Below are positions 31,027 to 40,353 of a DNA stretch of 64,000 nucleotides, in pieces. The translations under genes were made by a program, and so were the position numbers. Within the stretch, counting starts at the first letter, position 1, and each line of letters opens with the position of its first letter. The DNA comes from an uncultured bacterium (GTDB lineage: Bacteria > Patescibacteriota > Doudnabacteria > UBA920): assembly GCA_963749445.1 (NCBI GenBank), contig CAVVMJ010000004.1, forward strand, positions 16,483 through 80,482. The letters are read 5' to 3'. Below the pieces are notes generated by a model that searched no databases, was not told where the DNA came from, and saw only the letters and a program-made list of their open reading frames with translations.

Positions 31027-31064
31027 ATGATTGCATTTTAGACGGCCGTCTAAAATGCAATCAT
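31027..31064. repeat. Perfect 38-bp palindrome ATGATTGCATTTTAGACGGCCGTCTAAAATGCAATCAT
   Basis: Self-complementary; separated from the stop codon by 3 nt. Confidence 0.92.
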
Positions 31065-31333
31065 TAAAAATTGAACTTTGCCGGTCTGGCGGCCGAGGAA
31101 GAGCGAAAAGTATCGTAAGTTTGGCAACCTGAGGATAACTCGGGATCTTTTTGTTCGTTAAGGGCGGCCGTTTGGCCGGATTTTGTGTTTTAAATTTATT
31201 TGTGGTATAATTCGGTCATCTGGATAAGTCAAAAGGCCAATATTTGCTGAAGTTTTGGGGATGATATCGGCTTTATGGAAAATTGAGGGAGATAAGCAAA
31301 ATATAGGCGGGATTCTTAACAAATTCCACTCTT

Positions 31334-34300
31334 TTGAAGAAACTAAAATCAAAATTTAGAGCCCTGCCGGCCTATTGCGTTTTGGCAATCCTGCTATTGA
31401 CCCTGGCAGGCGGTTTTTTGCTGCCTTTAGATAATAATGCCCAGGCTCTTAGTATAGGACCGGGCACGGATTGTTCCGGAAGCCGTTCGCCAGATGTTAA
31501 TAGTGGTATGAGAGTATGTAATACGAGCAATGTTAACATATCCGTTGATACTTATGTTCCAGACCCAAACGGAAATCTTCAGAAGGGAAATCTTGTTAAA
31601 ATCACTCCGACCGATACTATAACTTTGAAGGTTGTTATTACTTTGAATAATCCGCCTGACATAAAGGCTAACCCTAATGGGAGCGGCGCGGACGAATTTT
31701 ATTTTCCCGGGGTAGCGAAAAACCCTGATATTTTAGGTTTCGGGGTTACCATAACGCCCCAAGATACGACAAATTTTTGTAAGAATGTGAACATAAGCGT
31801 GATTCTTGGCGGCTCATACCAGCGTTGTCAAAGCAATGTGGGTACTCAAACTTGGCAGCCAAGTTCTTTGACAACTTTTACAGCAGGAAGTCCTGTTTAT
31901 ACAGACACCTTAACTATTAGTCCAGATCAATTCCAATACTTGGGAATTACCAAAAAAAGGGATATTAACAATCCGACCGGTTCCCCTGGCCTAAATCAAA
32001 TTTTTGTCTATCCTGATATGAAGCTTAGCACGACTTTATCATCGGATTGGGCTACAAATTTTGCCGGTGGAGCACCGTTATTTGTTGAGCTTTATGCTAA
32101 CAGCACTGACAAACAGAATGATACATCCAGCAATCCGCCGGCTTGTGTAGGCCAAGTCAATAACGGCACCAGCACGCCGCCAAGTTGTGTTCCTGGCTAT
32201 GGCACCATTACTTCTTCTGGCGGCAGCACTAGTGCCGGCGGTAGCGACTTGATTGGTCTAATCAACAGAATTCTCGGCACTCTTTTGGGGATTATCGGCG
32301 AGTTTATTTATTTTTTGTTTTACAATCTGCTGGCGCCGATGATGCAGGCTATGCTGCAAATCCACACTTATACCGATACATTCGTGGGCGTAATTTACCC
32401 GGCCTGGATTGTGGTGCGCAACGCCTGCAATATTATGTTCATTGTGGCCATTATTGCCATTGCCATGGGCACGCTGTTTCGGGTGGAAAGCTACCAGTAT
32501 AAACATCTTTTAGTGCAATTAATTATTGCGGCACTGCTGGTGAATTTCAGTTTGGTCATTGGCCAGGCGATTTTGGGCGTGGCTGACACGGCGCAAAACC
32601 AATTTTTGCCCAATAACGTGGATGTTATCCGCAGCTTGGGCAAAAATTTAATGGTGCAAAATATGTCCCAAGCCTGGAATTTTAATATTTCCCAGGGATA
32701 TTTTAGCACTACGGTCCAGCAGTTGTTTTTGTTGGCCATGTCCATCGGAAGTTTTTTGGTATTTCTCGCCATTACCGTATTTTTGGTAATCAGGATGGTG
32801 ATGTTATGGATTTTGTTGATGGTTTCGCCGGTTGCTTACGTGGCCGGGATTTTGCCTACGACTACCCAGTACCGGAGTATGTGGTGGAGTAATTTTATCA
32901 AGTACGCTTTCTTTACCCCGATTATGGCGTTCTTGCTGAACATCGCGGCTTACATTGCCAATATGCAAACCAACAACGGCGTGCTGAATTATTTAAAAGT
33001 TGATTCCACCGCTTTGGGAAGCAGCAGCTTTGCGTCTTTCGTGTTTTTGTCGGCGAGCAATATAATTTTGCTGGTATTCCTGTTTGCCGCGCTAATGGTA
33101 GCCGACAAGCTCGGCGTCATCGGCGGCAACGTCGCCGCCACCTGGGGCAAAAAAGGCCTGCTGGCGCCGTTTGCTAGCGCGGGCTGGCTGGGCAAACGTG
33201 GGTTGGGTTGGGTAAACCGAAAAAGGCAGGAAATCGGAGCCGGTCTGTTGGAGCAGGAAGGTTCGCATATGCCGGGTTTTTGGAAAAAAACAGGTTTTTT
33301 ACTTAGTAATCCCGACGCATTTTTTAAAGGCTGGCAGGCTCGTGCGGAAGAATTAAAACATCAAGCGGAAGGCACGGCTACCGCTGGCGGTCGGGAAATG
33401 TCCGAACGGTTTTTAACTACGGAATATCGTCCTTGGAAAGCTGGCTTTGGGCACGCGCACATTAGAATTCCTTACCGGCAGTTTGCGGAAAGAAAGGATG
33501 AAAATGCTTTGGTCCAGGATTATTCAACTATGCGTAAAGAAAGTTTAATGTCTGCGGCAATGGACGCCGAAAAACTTGGTGGGGAAGAGGGCAAAAGAAG
33601 ACGACGCGCCATTGTCTTGGCGGCTGCCAAGCAAGGTTATATGGACGACTTGCTTAGAAAAAATCATTTTGCCAGTCAATATGCCGATAAAGACGGAACT
33701 TTTTATAGTGCGGAAGTTTTAAACCGATTTTTGTATGGTTATTTAGGGGAAGACGAACAAGCTCAACGCTTAATGGCTGAAGATTTGGAGGAATTAGGCA
33801 AGACAACCGGCCATTATGAATATTTAGGGCATGCATATTTTGATAATGATACGGGGAAGTTTAAACGGGGCATGGAGTCAGTTGGCGATGCCGAAGGCGT
33901 CGGCAGCAGAATAATCAAAGGAGGCAAATTAAAAAATACCTGGCAGGTTGGTTATTCCGTGGGTGAGCTGAAAAAAGTTAGCGGTCGTGCGCGTTCGCAG
34001 ATCGCGCCTCACAATATGGTTACTTTGAGGGCGGAATTGGACGGTAGCGGAAATTTTAAGGACAAAAACGAAATTCATGATCAAATGTACGGCAGAGTTA
34101 GTGGTGACCTTGATGAGTACCAGCAGGGCGTTTTGTCAATGTTTGACGGTGCCACACTACAGCAAGCGAGTTTTTCACAGGGAAGGTCTAAGGAATGGAT
34201 TTTGAGCGAGGACATTGATAAAAATACCGGCGCGGTTATTGTCAAAGACGATCTTGACGTAAAGCGCATCCAGAGGTTGTATGAAGAAAATCCGGATTTT

Positions 34301-34987
34301 GTGCGCACCATGTATGCCCAGTTAACCAATATGCAGCCTTCCGAGGTCAAAGGAATTAAAGTAGTAAAATTAGATGCGGCAGGTAAAACAGGTCCTGTTA
34401 CCCACTTGGGTGATACCACAGTTACCGTAACGCCAGTCATTAAGACTGTGTCTACCGAAGTACTTGATAGTAAAACTTTGGGTCTCGTTAAAGACGAAAA
34501 AGAAGCTTTAATACAAGGTAAGGTTATAGATAATGCTATTGAGTCCGCTTATGCAGGCACTATTTCTCCGGCAGCCCTAGAAGCGAATCTTGCTGGCGTT
34601 TTGCCTGCTACACCGCCAGCACGTGTTACTGCAATTAAGGACGAAATATACAAAAAGGTTAAGGATGAATATTCAGAAAAATATGATCCTATGACCGTAA
34701 TTTCTAGAATGGATAAAAAGTATAATTTTACGCCAGCGGAAATATCAGAATTAAGGAAAGAGTTTCAGCCATTGGCAGGACAGGCTTTTGATAGAGCCAC
34801 AACTGCAAATCGGGCAGTAACCAGAGCTGACTTTGACGCAGTAGTAAGGACAAAGATTGCCGCAGTGGCTGGACGTTTAGGCGCAGCTAGTAAATTAGCA
34901 AAAACCTTTACTGATCCACATAACCCAGCAGCAGCTGCTAATTTGGCTGCCGCTGAAAAATTGTTTATTGATCATATGAGTCCATAA
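31334..34987 (+). CDS. Large polytopic membrane protein, VirB6/TrbL-like core with long N- and C-terminal extensions
   Basis: W..VRN.CN..FI..L..ALLVNFS..I..RMV.LW.L...SP.A....ILP....W..F..Y.F..P TM core. Confidence 0.75.
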   Translation: MKKLKSKFRALPAYCVLAILLLTLAGGFLLPLDNNAQALSIGPGTDCSGSRSPDVNSGMRVCNTSNVNISVDTYVPDPNGNLQKGNLVKITPTDTITLKVVITLNNPPDIKANPNGSGADEFYFPGVAKNPDILGFGVTITPQDTTNFCKNVNISVILGGSYQRCQSNVGTQTWQPSSLTTFTAGSPVYTDTLTISPDQFQYLGITKKRDINNPTGSPGLNQIFVYPDMKLSTTLSSDWATNFAGGAPLFVELYANSTDKQNDTSSNPPACVGQVNNGTSTPPSCVPGYGTITSSGGSTSAGGSDLIGLINRILGTLLGIIGEFIYFLFYNLLAPMMQAMLQIHTYTDTFVGVIYPAWIVVRNACNIMFIVAIIAIAMGTLFRVESYQYKHLLVQLIIAALLVNFSLVIGQAILGVADTAQNQFLPNNVDVIRSLGKNLMVQNMSQAWNFNISQGYFSTTVQQLFLLAMSIGSFLVFLAITVFLVIRMVMLWILLMVSPVAYVAGILPTTTQYRSMWWSNFIKYAFFTPIMAFLLNIAAYIANMQTNNGVLNYLKVDSTALGSSSFASFVFLSASNIILLVFLFAALMVADKLGVIGGNVAATWGKKGLLAPFASAGWLGKRGLGWVNRKRQEIGAGLLEQEGSHMPGFWKKTGFLLSNPDAFFKGWQARAEELKHQAEGTATAGGREMSERFLTTEYRPWKAGFGHAHIRIPYRQFAERKDENALVQDYSTMRKESLMSAAMDAEKLGGEEGKRRRRAIVLAAAKQGYMDDLLRKNHFASQYADKDGTFYSAEVLNRFLYGYLGEDEQAQRLMAEDLEELGKTTGHYEYLGHAYFDNDTGKFKRGMESVGDAEGVGSRIIKGGKLKNTWQVGYSVGELKKVSGRARSQIAPHNMVTLRAELDGSGNFKDKNEIHDQMYGRVSGDLDEYQQGVLSMFDGATLQQASFSQGRSKEWILSEDIDKNTGAVIVKDDLDVKRIQRLYEENPDFVRTMYAQLTNMQPSEVKGIKVVKLDAAGKTGPVTHLGDTTVTVTPVIKTVSTEVLDSKTLGLVKDEKEALIQGKVIDNAIESAYAGTISPAALEANLAGVLPATPPARVTAIKDEIYKKVKDEYSEKYDPMTVISRMDKKYNFTPAEISELRKEFQPLAGQAFDRATTANRAVTRADFDAVVRTKIAAVAGRLGAASKLAKTFTDPHNPAAAANLAAAEKLFIDHMSP

Positions 34988-35003
34988 ATATAAAGAAGCA
35001 ATC

Positions 35004-36373
35004 ATGTCTAGTTTAGCTTACGTCCTAAATTTCAAAAATCTATTTTTGTTAGATGTAGAAGCTTTGGCTGACCAAAGCGTTTTAGATAAGCTATCCCAAA
35101 TAGCCAATGATACGATGTTTGAATTGGAACCGGGGACCGCGCTGGAATTTTATCAGCAGCTTGACGCAATAATCAAAGAAAATTTGCAGTACTTGCAAGA
35201 GAATCGGGATGCGTATAATCAACTTATGGTAATTTTGTGGCAGTTGTCGTGGAAGGCTTTGCCGGCCATGCCGCTTAAGCAAAGCCAAAATCTTTTGGCG
35301 AGCAGTTTGGTTGGTTCGTTAAAGCTGGGAGTGAACGTTTCGGAACGTTTAAAAAGGATAATTTACCCCCTTGAATTCGGACTGGGTCCGGACAAAGAAT
35401 TACGCCGCAGTTGGTCGTATTCCATGGAACATAACCAGGAAAATATCGGCGAGAGAGATATTTTATTGGAAAAGAAAGCGTTGCGCCAAAGTTAGGCAAC
35501 TGGCTGAAGAGCTATAATAGTGAGCAGAATTTAACAGCCGGACGTTCCAAATTCAACCAAATTAATTTTTTAGACTCCAATAAGGATGCTAATAAGCTTG
35601 ATAAGGAAGATAAAGAAGTATTAAAACAAATTTTGGAAATTTACGATTGGCTGTTATTCCCGCCGCCGGGGCCGGAGATAATTTATGATAATCAGCCGGA
35701 TGAAAGAGGGCAGACCCAAGATATCGGCCCGGCTATGAATGCGACTAGAGCCACGATGCCGAAAGAACTTTACGAGTCCAGTAGTCAGCTGCAGCCTCTA
35801 AAGACCTTAAAGCCAACGCCTCCATCGGTGCCGACGCCGGGGAATCAGCCGGCGGCGAGGAAGGTGGGGATGGAGGAGATTATGGCTGCCGCGGATCAAA
35901 CGCGGATCCCGACTGCAGCCGCGGATATACACGCGGATAGTGGAAGCAAAGAACAGGAAGCAGGAGTCAAAAAGCAGGAGTCAAGAAGTGCTCCATCCTT
36001 GGAAAAGAAGGAAAGTGAAGAGCTCGGGCCCGGGGTAAGTTTGGGTGTTGTGTTGCCTAACTATAAAAAATCGGTTCCTCCGGCGACGATTACCGCGGAA
36101 AGTTTGGCGGCGAAGATGGCAAAGGCGCGGAACGACACGGAATCTAACCCCGATAGCAGAGCCGATAAATCGGCACGCTACGGGGCAGGCGCGGAAGAAC
36201 ACGGAACGCAACCTCCGGCGACAACCGTAAATTACATCCAGCAAAAATCTGAAGCACGGTCCAAAGCCGAACAGTATCTGCAGCAGGAAATTGATCGGAA
36301 GCTGCGGGGGTTGGAGGAGAAGACGAAAAGAAATGACAAAATTGACCCTTCGACAAGCTCAGGGCAGGCATAA
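35004..36373 (+). CDS. Hypothetical protein (frameshift near 35480) with low-complexity, repeat-invaded C-terminus
   Basis: ORFs 35004..35495 and 35633..36373. Confidence 0.6.
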
Positions 36374-36420
36374 ATGAGCAAAAATGACAAAATGCTTTTT
36401 AAGCAGAAGTCGAATATTAA

Positions 36421-36834
36421 ATGAAAATTTTTCAATCAAAAGTTAAAAAGTTTGCCGGCACAACTTATGGAGAGCTTTTTCCCCAAGCTTTTGCGGCCTA
36501 TAAAAAATTAAAGAAAAACAGCAAACGAAAACCTTATATCCGTTCGGTTTATTTTGATACCGACAAAATATTTTTGGATTACTTCTGGAATCATCTACAT
36601 AACAAAAATAACATTCGTGATAAAGCAAGGAGGCTAAAGTTTTACGACTGCGCTTTGGATTTAATAGCTAACTCAAGAGTTGAACCTTACTCGTTTCAAA
36701 ATCCTATGACCAATAAAGAGATACTGCATCGTTTTGCCGGTTTAAGTAAGGAAGGGGAAATGTTTTATGTTCAAATTAAAGAAGATAAAAGAACCGATCA
36801 AAAACATTTTATATCGGTATTTCCAGAAACTTAA
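36421..36834 (+). CDS. Hypothetical basic protein, putative BECR-fold (RelE/barnase-like) RNase
   Basis: 137 aa; C-terminal FYVQIKEDKRTDQKHFISVFP strand pattern; fold is inferred. Confidence 0.6.
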   Translation: MKIFQSKVKKFAGTTYGELFPQAFAAYKKLKKNSKRKPYIRSVYFDTDKIFLDYFWNHLHNKNNIRDKARRLKFYDCALDLIANSRVEPYSFQNPMTNKEILHRFAGLSKEGEMFYVQIKEDKRTDQKHFISVFPET

Positions 36835-36940
36835 AAGACCTTCCGCCAAGTTGTGGTTGCAGGAACTGCAAGCCACGGCCGAAAGCCTTTTGCCAGATCT
36901 TCCGCAAGTGTGGTATATGAACCACGGGCCGAAGACCTGT
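36833..36940 (-). ncRNA. Candidate ~108-nt sRNA with two tandem homologous hairpins
   Basis: G-U pairs work only on minus strand; ends in U tract; own promoter. Confidence 0.6.
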
Positions 36941-36946
36941 ATATAT

Positions 36947-36974
36947 ACAGTAGCATAAATTATAAAACTGTCAA
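36947..36974 (-). promoter_or_regulatory. Sigma70 promoter of the candidate sRNA
   Basis: TTGACA-N16-TACTGT with extended -10 TG. Confidence 0.6.
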
Positions 36975-37016
36975 GTCAAAAATTTAGCTTAAGATTATGA
37001 GAAAAATTATCATTCA

Positions 37017-37358
37017 TAACTGGTTAATTTTCACAGGAAAACGAGGTTTGGATATACTCGCGAATCGGGGGTTGTTTCAGCTTTTATTTTTGACGTTTCC
37101 AAAGGCCTACCTTTGGTCGCGTGGACTGGCGTTCAACCTGCGCCGCTTGTCCGACATGTCCGGCGAAATGTTAGCTTCTGCAGTTGCCTCATTCCGCCTT
37201 GGTGAACATGGGGTGATTCAGTTTATTGCACCCGCGTTTGGAACAATACCTTTTAGTATTCCCGAAAACCATCGTACTTAGCCCTTTTGCCTTTCGGATG
37301 TGCGTTACTTCTTGTTCCAGAAGTTATTGCGCCATTTCCTGCGAAAACTAACCAGTTA
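37017..37358. mobile_element. 342-bp element with 24-bp terminal inverted repeats (MITE or IS remnant)
   Basis: TAACTGGTTAATTTTCACAGGAAA vs reverse complement TAACTGGTTAGTTTTCGCAGGAAA (22/24). Confidence 0.6.
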
Positions 37359-37393
37359 CAATAAATAAGACGGATTAATTATAATAGTGTTAC

Positions 37394-39154
37394 ATGCAAA
37401 GCGAACATATCCAAACAATCCAAAACCTAATTAAAACTACGGCGGTTTTGACGTCCGCGGAAAAGAGCGAGTGGCTGGAATTGGTGGATTTGATGAACGA
37501 CCGGCAGCTGTTGGAATTGGAGCGGATTTTAGAAGACGCAAACAAGAATCAAGAATCAAGAATCAAGAGTCAAGAAGCAAAACTTACACAGGCGGGCGTG
37601 TCTTTGGCTCAAGTTCGGCCGGCGATTCCATCGGCGATTCCAAAATCAACCGTTCCGACCGCCAAGCCATTGCCGCTTGCCTCGCCCCAATTTTCCCAAA
37701 ATGATATTTTGACGCCGGGAAAGAAAGAACTTTCTAGCACAAGCGCGATTGTAAAATCCTCAAAAATTGGAGCGGGACCGGTTCCGCCCGCGCCAAAAAA
37801 ACTTCCGATTGCCCAGGAGCCGGGGCCCGGACCTTCCTTTAAGCATATTCTCAATTTCCCCAAAGCGGGCGGCCCGTTCGACAAAGCTCAGGGCCGCCTC
37901 GAACGAAGCCGAGATGGCGGCGGCGGTGCGACTTTTCCGCCGTCTGCGGGATCATTGCCGCTTCCGCAAGTCCGTCTGGAAAGCAAAACCATAGAGCCGA
38001 AAAAAGAGTCGCCGTTTTTGAGCAAGCTCAAGGCTATCTTTTCCGAAAAAGAATTGCCGCCCCCGCCGCAAATTCCGCCAGGCGATATTTTGATATCTGG
38101 CAAGAAAGATTTTTCCAAACCAAGCACTGTTGTGGCTTCTTCAAAAATTGGAGCAAGCGCGACTGGGCACACTGATAAATTAGCCGCGTCTAAAACATCC
38201 CCAAAGCCGTTATCGGAATACAAAAAGTCCGAAGCTAGGCCCAAGCCGTCGCCCAAGCTCGAACAACCCGCCAGCACCACCATCAATATTTTCATGAATA
38301 AAGGTGAACCGGCAAAATTTTCCGATTTAGAGCAGGTTGTCAAGGCCATACAGCGACCGTCGGAGTCTTCTCCGATTTTAGGCAAGAGCGAGCCGGCCGA
38401 GGCGGATTTATCAGCGCCAGCTCCAATCGGGGCCTCGCAGCCGCCGCAGCCAAAAATCAGTTATGAGCCCGCGGCCCATTCGGCACAGCTCAGGGCCGCC
38501 CCGAGCATGGCCGAGGGGGCGGCCGCCGCCGTGTCAACCGCGATGTCGGCTGCCAAGGCCGCTTCCGCCGTGGCCCCGAGCGCAGCCGAGGCGGAAGCGG
38601 TTAGCCCGGCTCCCACCCCGTGGAATCAGGAAGAGTCCGGTCTGTACAAGCCGAATAAAAAACCTGATTCGGGAGCCGTGGCGGCGAAAACAACGGCCAC
38701 CCAACAAGGCCTGGCGCCGGGATTAAATTTTTCCGAAGGGCCAAGCGCGGCCGCGCTGAAAAGCAGGCTAATGACCGAGCCGGGCCCGGGACCAAACAAG
38801 CAGGCATCTTCCGCAGTTTCCGCGTCGGGGAGAATTATTTTGCAGGAAAAGCCGGGAGATAATATGAAATTGGAAACCCTGAACGATGTTACGGCCCTTA
38901 AGCCCGATGATTTACAGAAACACGCCACCGGCACCCTGTTCCGCAAATGCCAAAAGCTCATTAGCCAGTACGGGCCGCACGAAGTGGTTTTTCGTTTGGA
39001 GCAAAGTCCTCTATATAAAGCTTACATCAATACCGGCGTGGCTTGGCTGAAAGAAGGGGCCAGAAAAGCCCAAGGCGTCGCCACTTTGCAGCTGCCCGGA
39101 GAAGATTTTGAACGCTTTGTGGATTTTTTGATTATGTTGCGCAGTAGAGCGTAG
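37394..39154 (+). CDS. Hypothetical protein, folded ends joined by long Pro/Ser/Lys-rich linker
   Basis: 586-aa ORF; C-terminal FRLEQSPLYKAYINTG..FERFVDFL. Confidence 0.75.
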   Translation: MQSEHIQTIQNLIKTTAVLTSAEKSEWLELVDLMNDRQLLELERILEDANKNQESRIKSQEAKLTQAGVSLAQVRPAIPSAIPKSTVPTAKPLPLASPQFSQNDILTPGKKELSSTSAIVKSSKIGAGPVPPAPKKLPIAQEPGPGPSFKHILNFPKAGGPFDKAQGRLERSRDGGGGATFPPSAGSLPLPQVRLESKTIEPKKESPFLSKLKAIFSEKELPPPPQIPPGDILISGKKDFSKPSTVVASSKIGASATGHTDKLAASKTSPKPLSEYKKSEARPKPSPKLEQPASTTINIFMNKGEPAKFSDLEQVVKAIQRPSESSPILGKSEPAEADLSAPAPIGASQPPQPKISYEPAAHSAQLRAAPSMAEGAAAAVSTAMSAAKAASAVAPSAAEAEAVSPAPTPWNQEESGLYKPNKKPDSGAVAAKTTATQQGLAPGLNFSEGPSAAALKSRLMTEPGPGPNKQASSAVSASGRIILQEKPGDNMKLETLNDVTALKPDDLQKHATGTLFRKCQKLISQYGPHEVVFRLEQSPLYKAYINTGVAWLKEGARKAQGVATLQLPGEDFERFVDFLIMLRSRA

Positions 39155-39156
39155 TT

Positions 39157-39524
39157 CCGCTGATTGGTCGCTGGCCCATTCGGCTATGCTCAGGGTCACC
39201 CCGAGCGAAGTCGAGGGGTGATAGGTACGCTGATATGACGCTGAATCCGATAGTTAAAGTTGAACGAAATGTCAAAGATTGTCAAAGATTTTTTGTATGA
39301 GAAGGAATCCTTTGAGATCCGCGGAGTTCTCCTCCTGGAACAGGAGGAGTACCCCGACTTGTCGGGGGGAGGTGGTAGATTTTCCGCAGTTTCATACCGC
39401 CCCGTCCGCTTCGCGGCCACCCCGCCTATCTTAGGCGGGGAGCTCCGCGGTTCAGCGACCTATCAGCGTACCAATCCGCCTTCGCATAAAGCTTCGGTGG
39501 ACTAAGTCAGCGTTAATTCAGCGG
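39157..39524 (+). pseudogene. Remnant GxxExxY cassette invaded by three palindrome families
   Basis: MSKIVKDFLYEKESFEIRG N-terminus between inverted CGCTGA/TCAGCG arrays. Confidence 0.6.
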
Positions 39525-39823
39525 AGCGTTTCCACTATAATTTGCCTATAAATACCTTAAATTCATACAGTTTGTGTTATAATGAACCTATATGCAACCC
39601 AGTAATACAACCTCCCATAGCGCCACTTTTCTTTGTTTGTCTATAAATTTAAAGGTTTAGTGGAAGTTTGCATTTTAATAGCGGTTTCAAAAAAATAAAA
39701 GTGGCGCCGACCAAACGCCTTAAAAGGCCCATAATTTGCGATTATGATGACAAAAATAACATTAACTTACAAAAATTCCTCATGCCTGCAAAAGGCGTTT
39801 GGAATGGGAGGTTGATATACTGG

Positions 39824-40267
39824 GTGCAATTTCCCGTACCTCAATTTACCGAAGTGGAAGATAAAATTATCGGATCGCTTACCGTTAAGCAGTTCGGGGT
39901 GATTTTTGGCGGCGGCGTGCTGATTTTTTTGGCTTTTACCTTGACCAAAAGCGTTGTTGTGCTGATTTTCGCTGCCGTCATATTCGGCCTGCCGACTTTA
40001 GGTTTGGCTTTTGCCAGGCTTAACGGGCGGCCGATGTACAACATGATCGGGAATTTCGTGGGTTTTTTGACCAGCGCCAAGGTCTTAGTGTTCCATAAGG
40101 AAGGCTCTTTGGTTTCCGATCGGGAGAGAAAAGACAAAACCCCGCCGGTTGCCGCCGCCCCAAACCCGGATGGAACAAAAGCCGTAAGCCCGAAACAAAG
40201 GCTAAGGGAGGTTAATAAGATGCTGGAACAAAACGCGCAGAAGGAAGAGGAGTTGTTCAAGAAATGA
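39824..40267 (+). CDS. PrgI family protein (VirB3-like)
   Basis: MQFPVPQFTEVEDKIIGSLTVKQF, two TMs, NGRP; GGAGG upstream of GTG. Confidence 0.85.
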   Translation: MQFPVPQFTEVEDKIIGSLTVKQFGVIFGGGVLIFLAFTLTKSVVVLIFAAVIFGLPTLGLAFARLNGRPMYNMIGNFVGFLTSAKVLVFHKEGSLVSDRERKDKTPPVAAAPNPDGTKAVSPKQRLREVNKMLEQNAQKEEELFKK

Positions 40268-40345
40268 GCATTTAGCATTTAGCATTTAGCGATTAGCCAG
40301 ACATGTTTGGCTAAATGCTAACTGCTAACTGCTAAATGCTAACTG
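40268..40345. repeat. Inverted heptamer palindrome (TTAGCAT units)
   Basis: (AGCATTT)3..(TGCTAAC)n at a gene junction. Confidence 0.85.
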
Positions 40346-40353
40346 CCAGAACT

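Noticed and set aside
30404-31064. CRISPR-Cas locus suggested by a Cas2-like domain and 38-bp repeats
   Set aside because: Only two repeats, separated by the gene itself; no spacers and no cas1 or effector genes.
31080-31160. Possible riboswitch or SRP-like RNA upstream of the VirB6-like gene
   Set aside because: GC-rich with short stems, but no motif I can assign.
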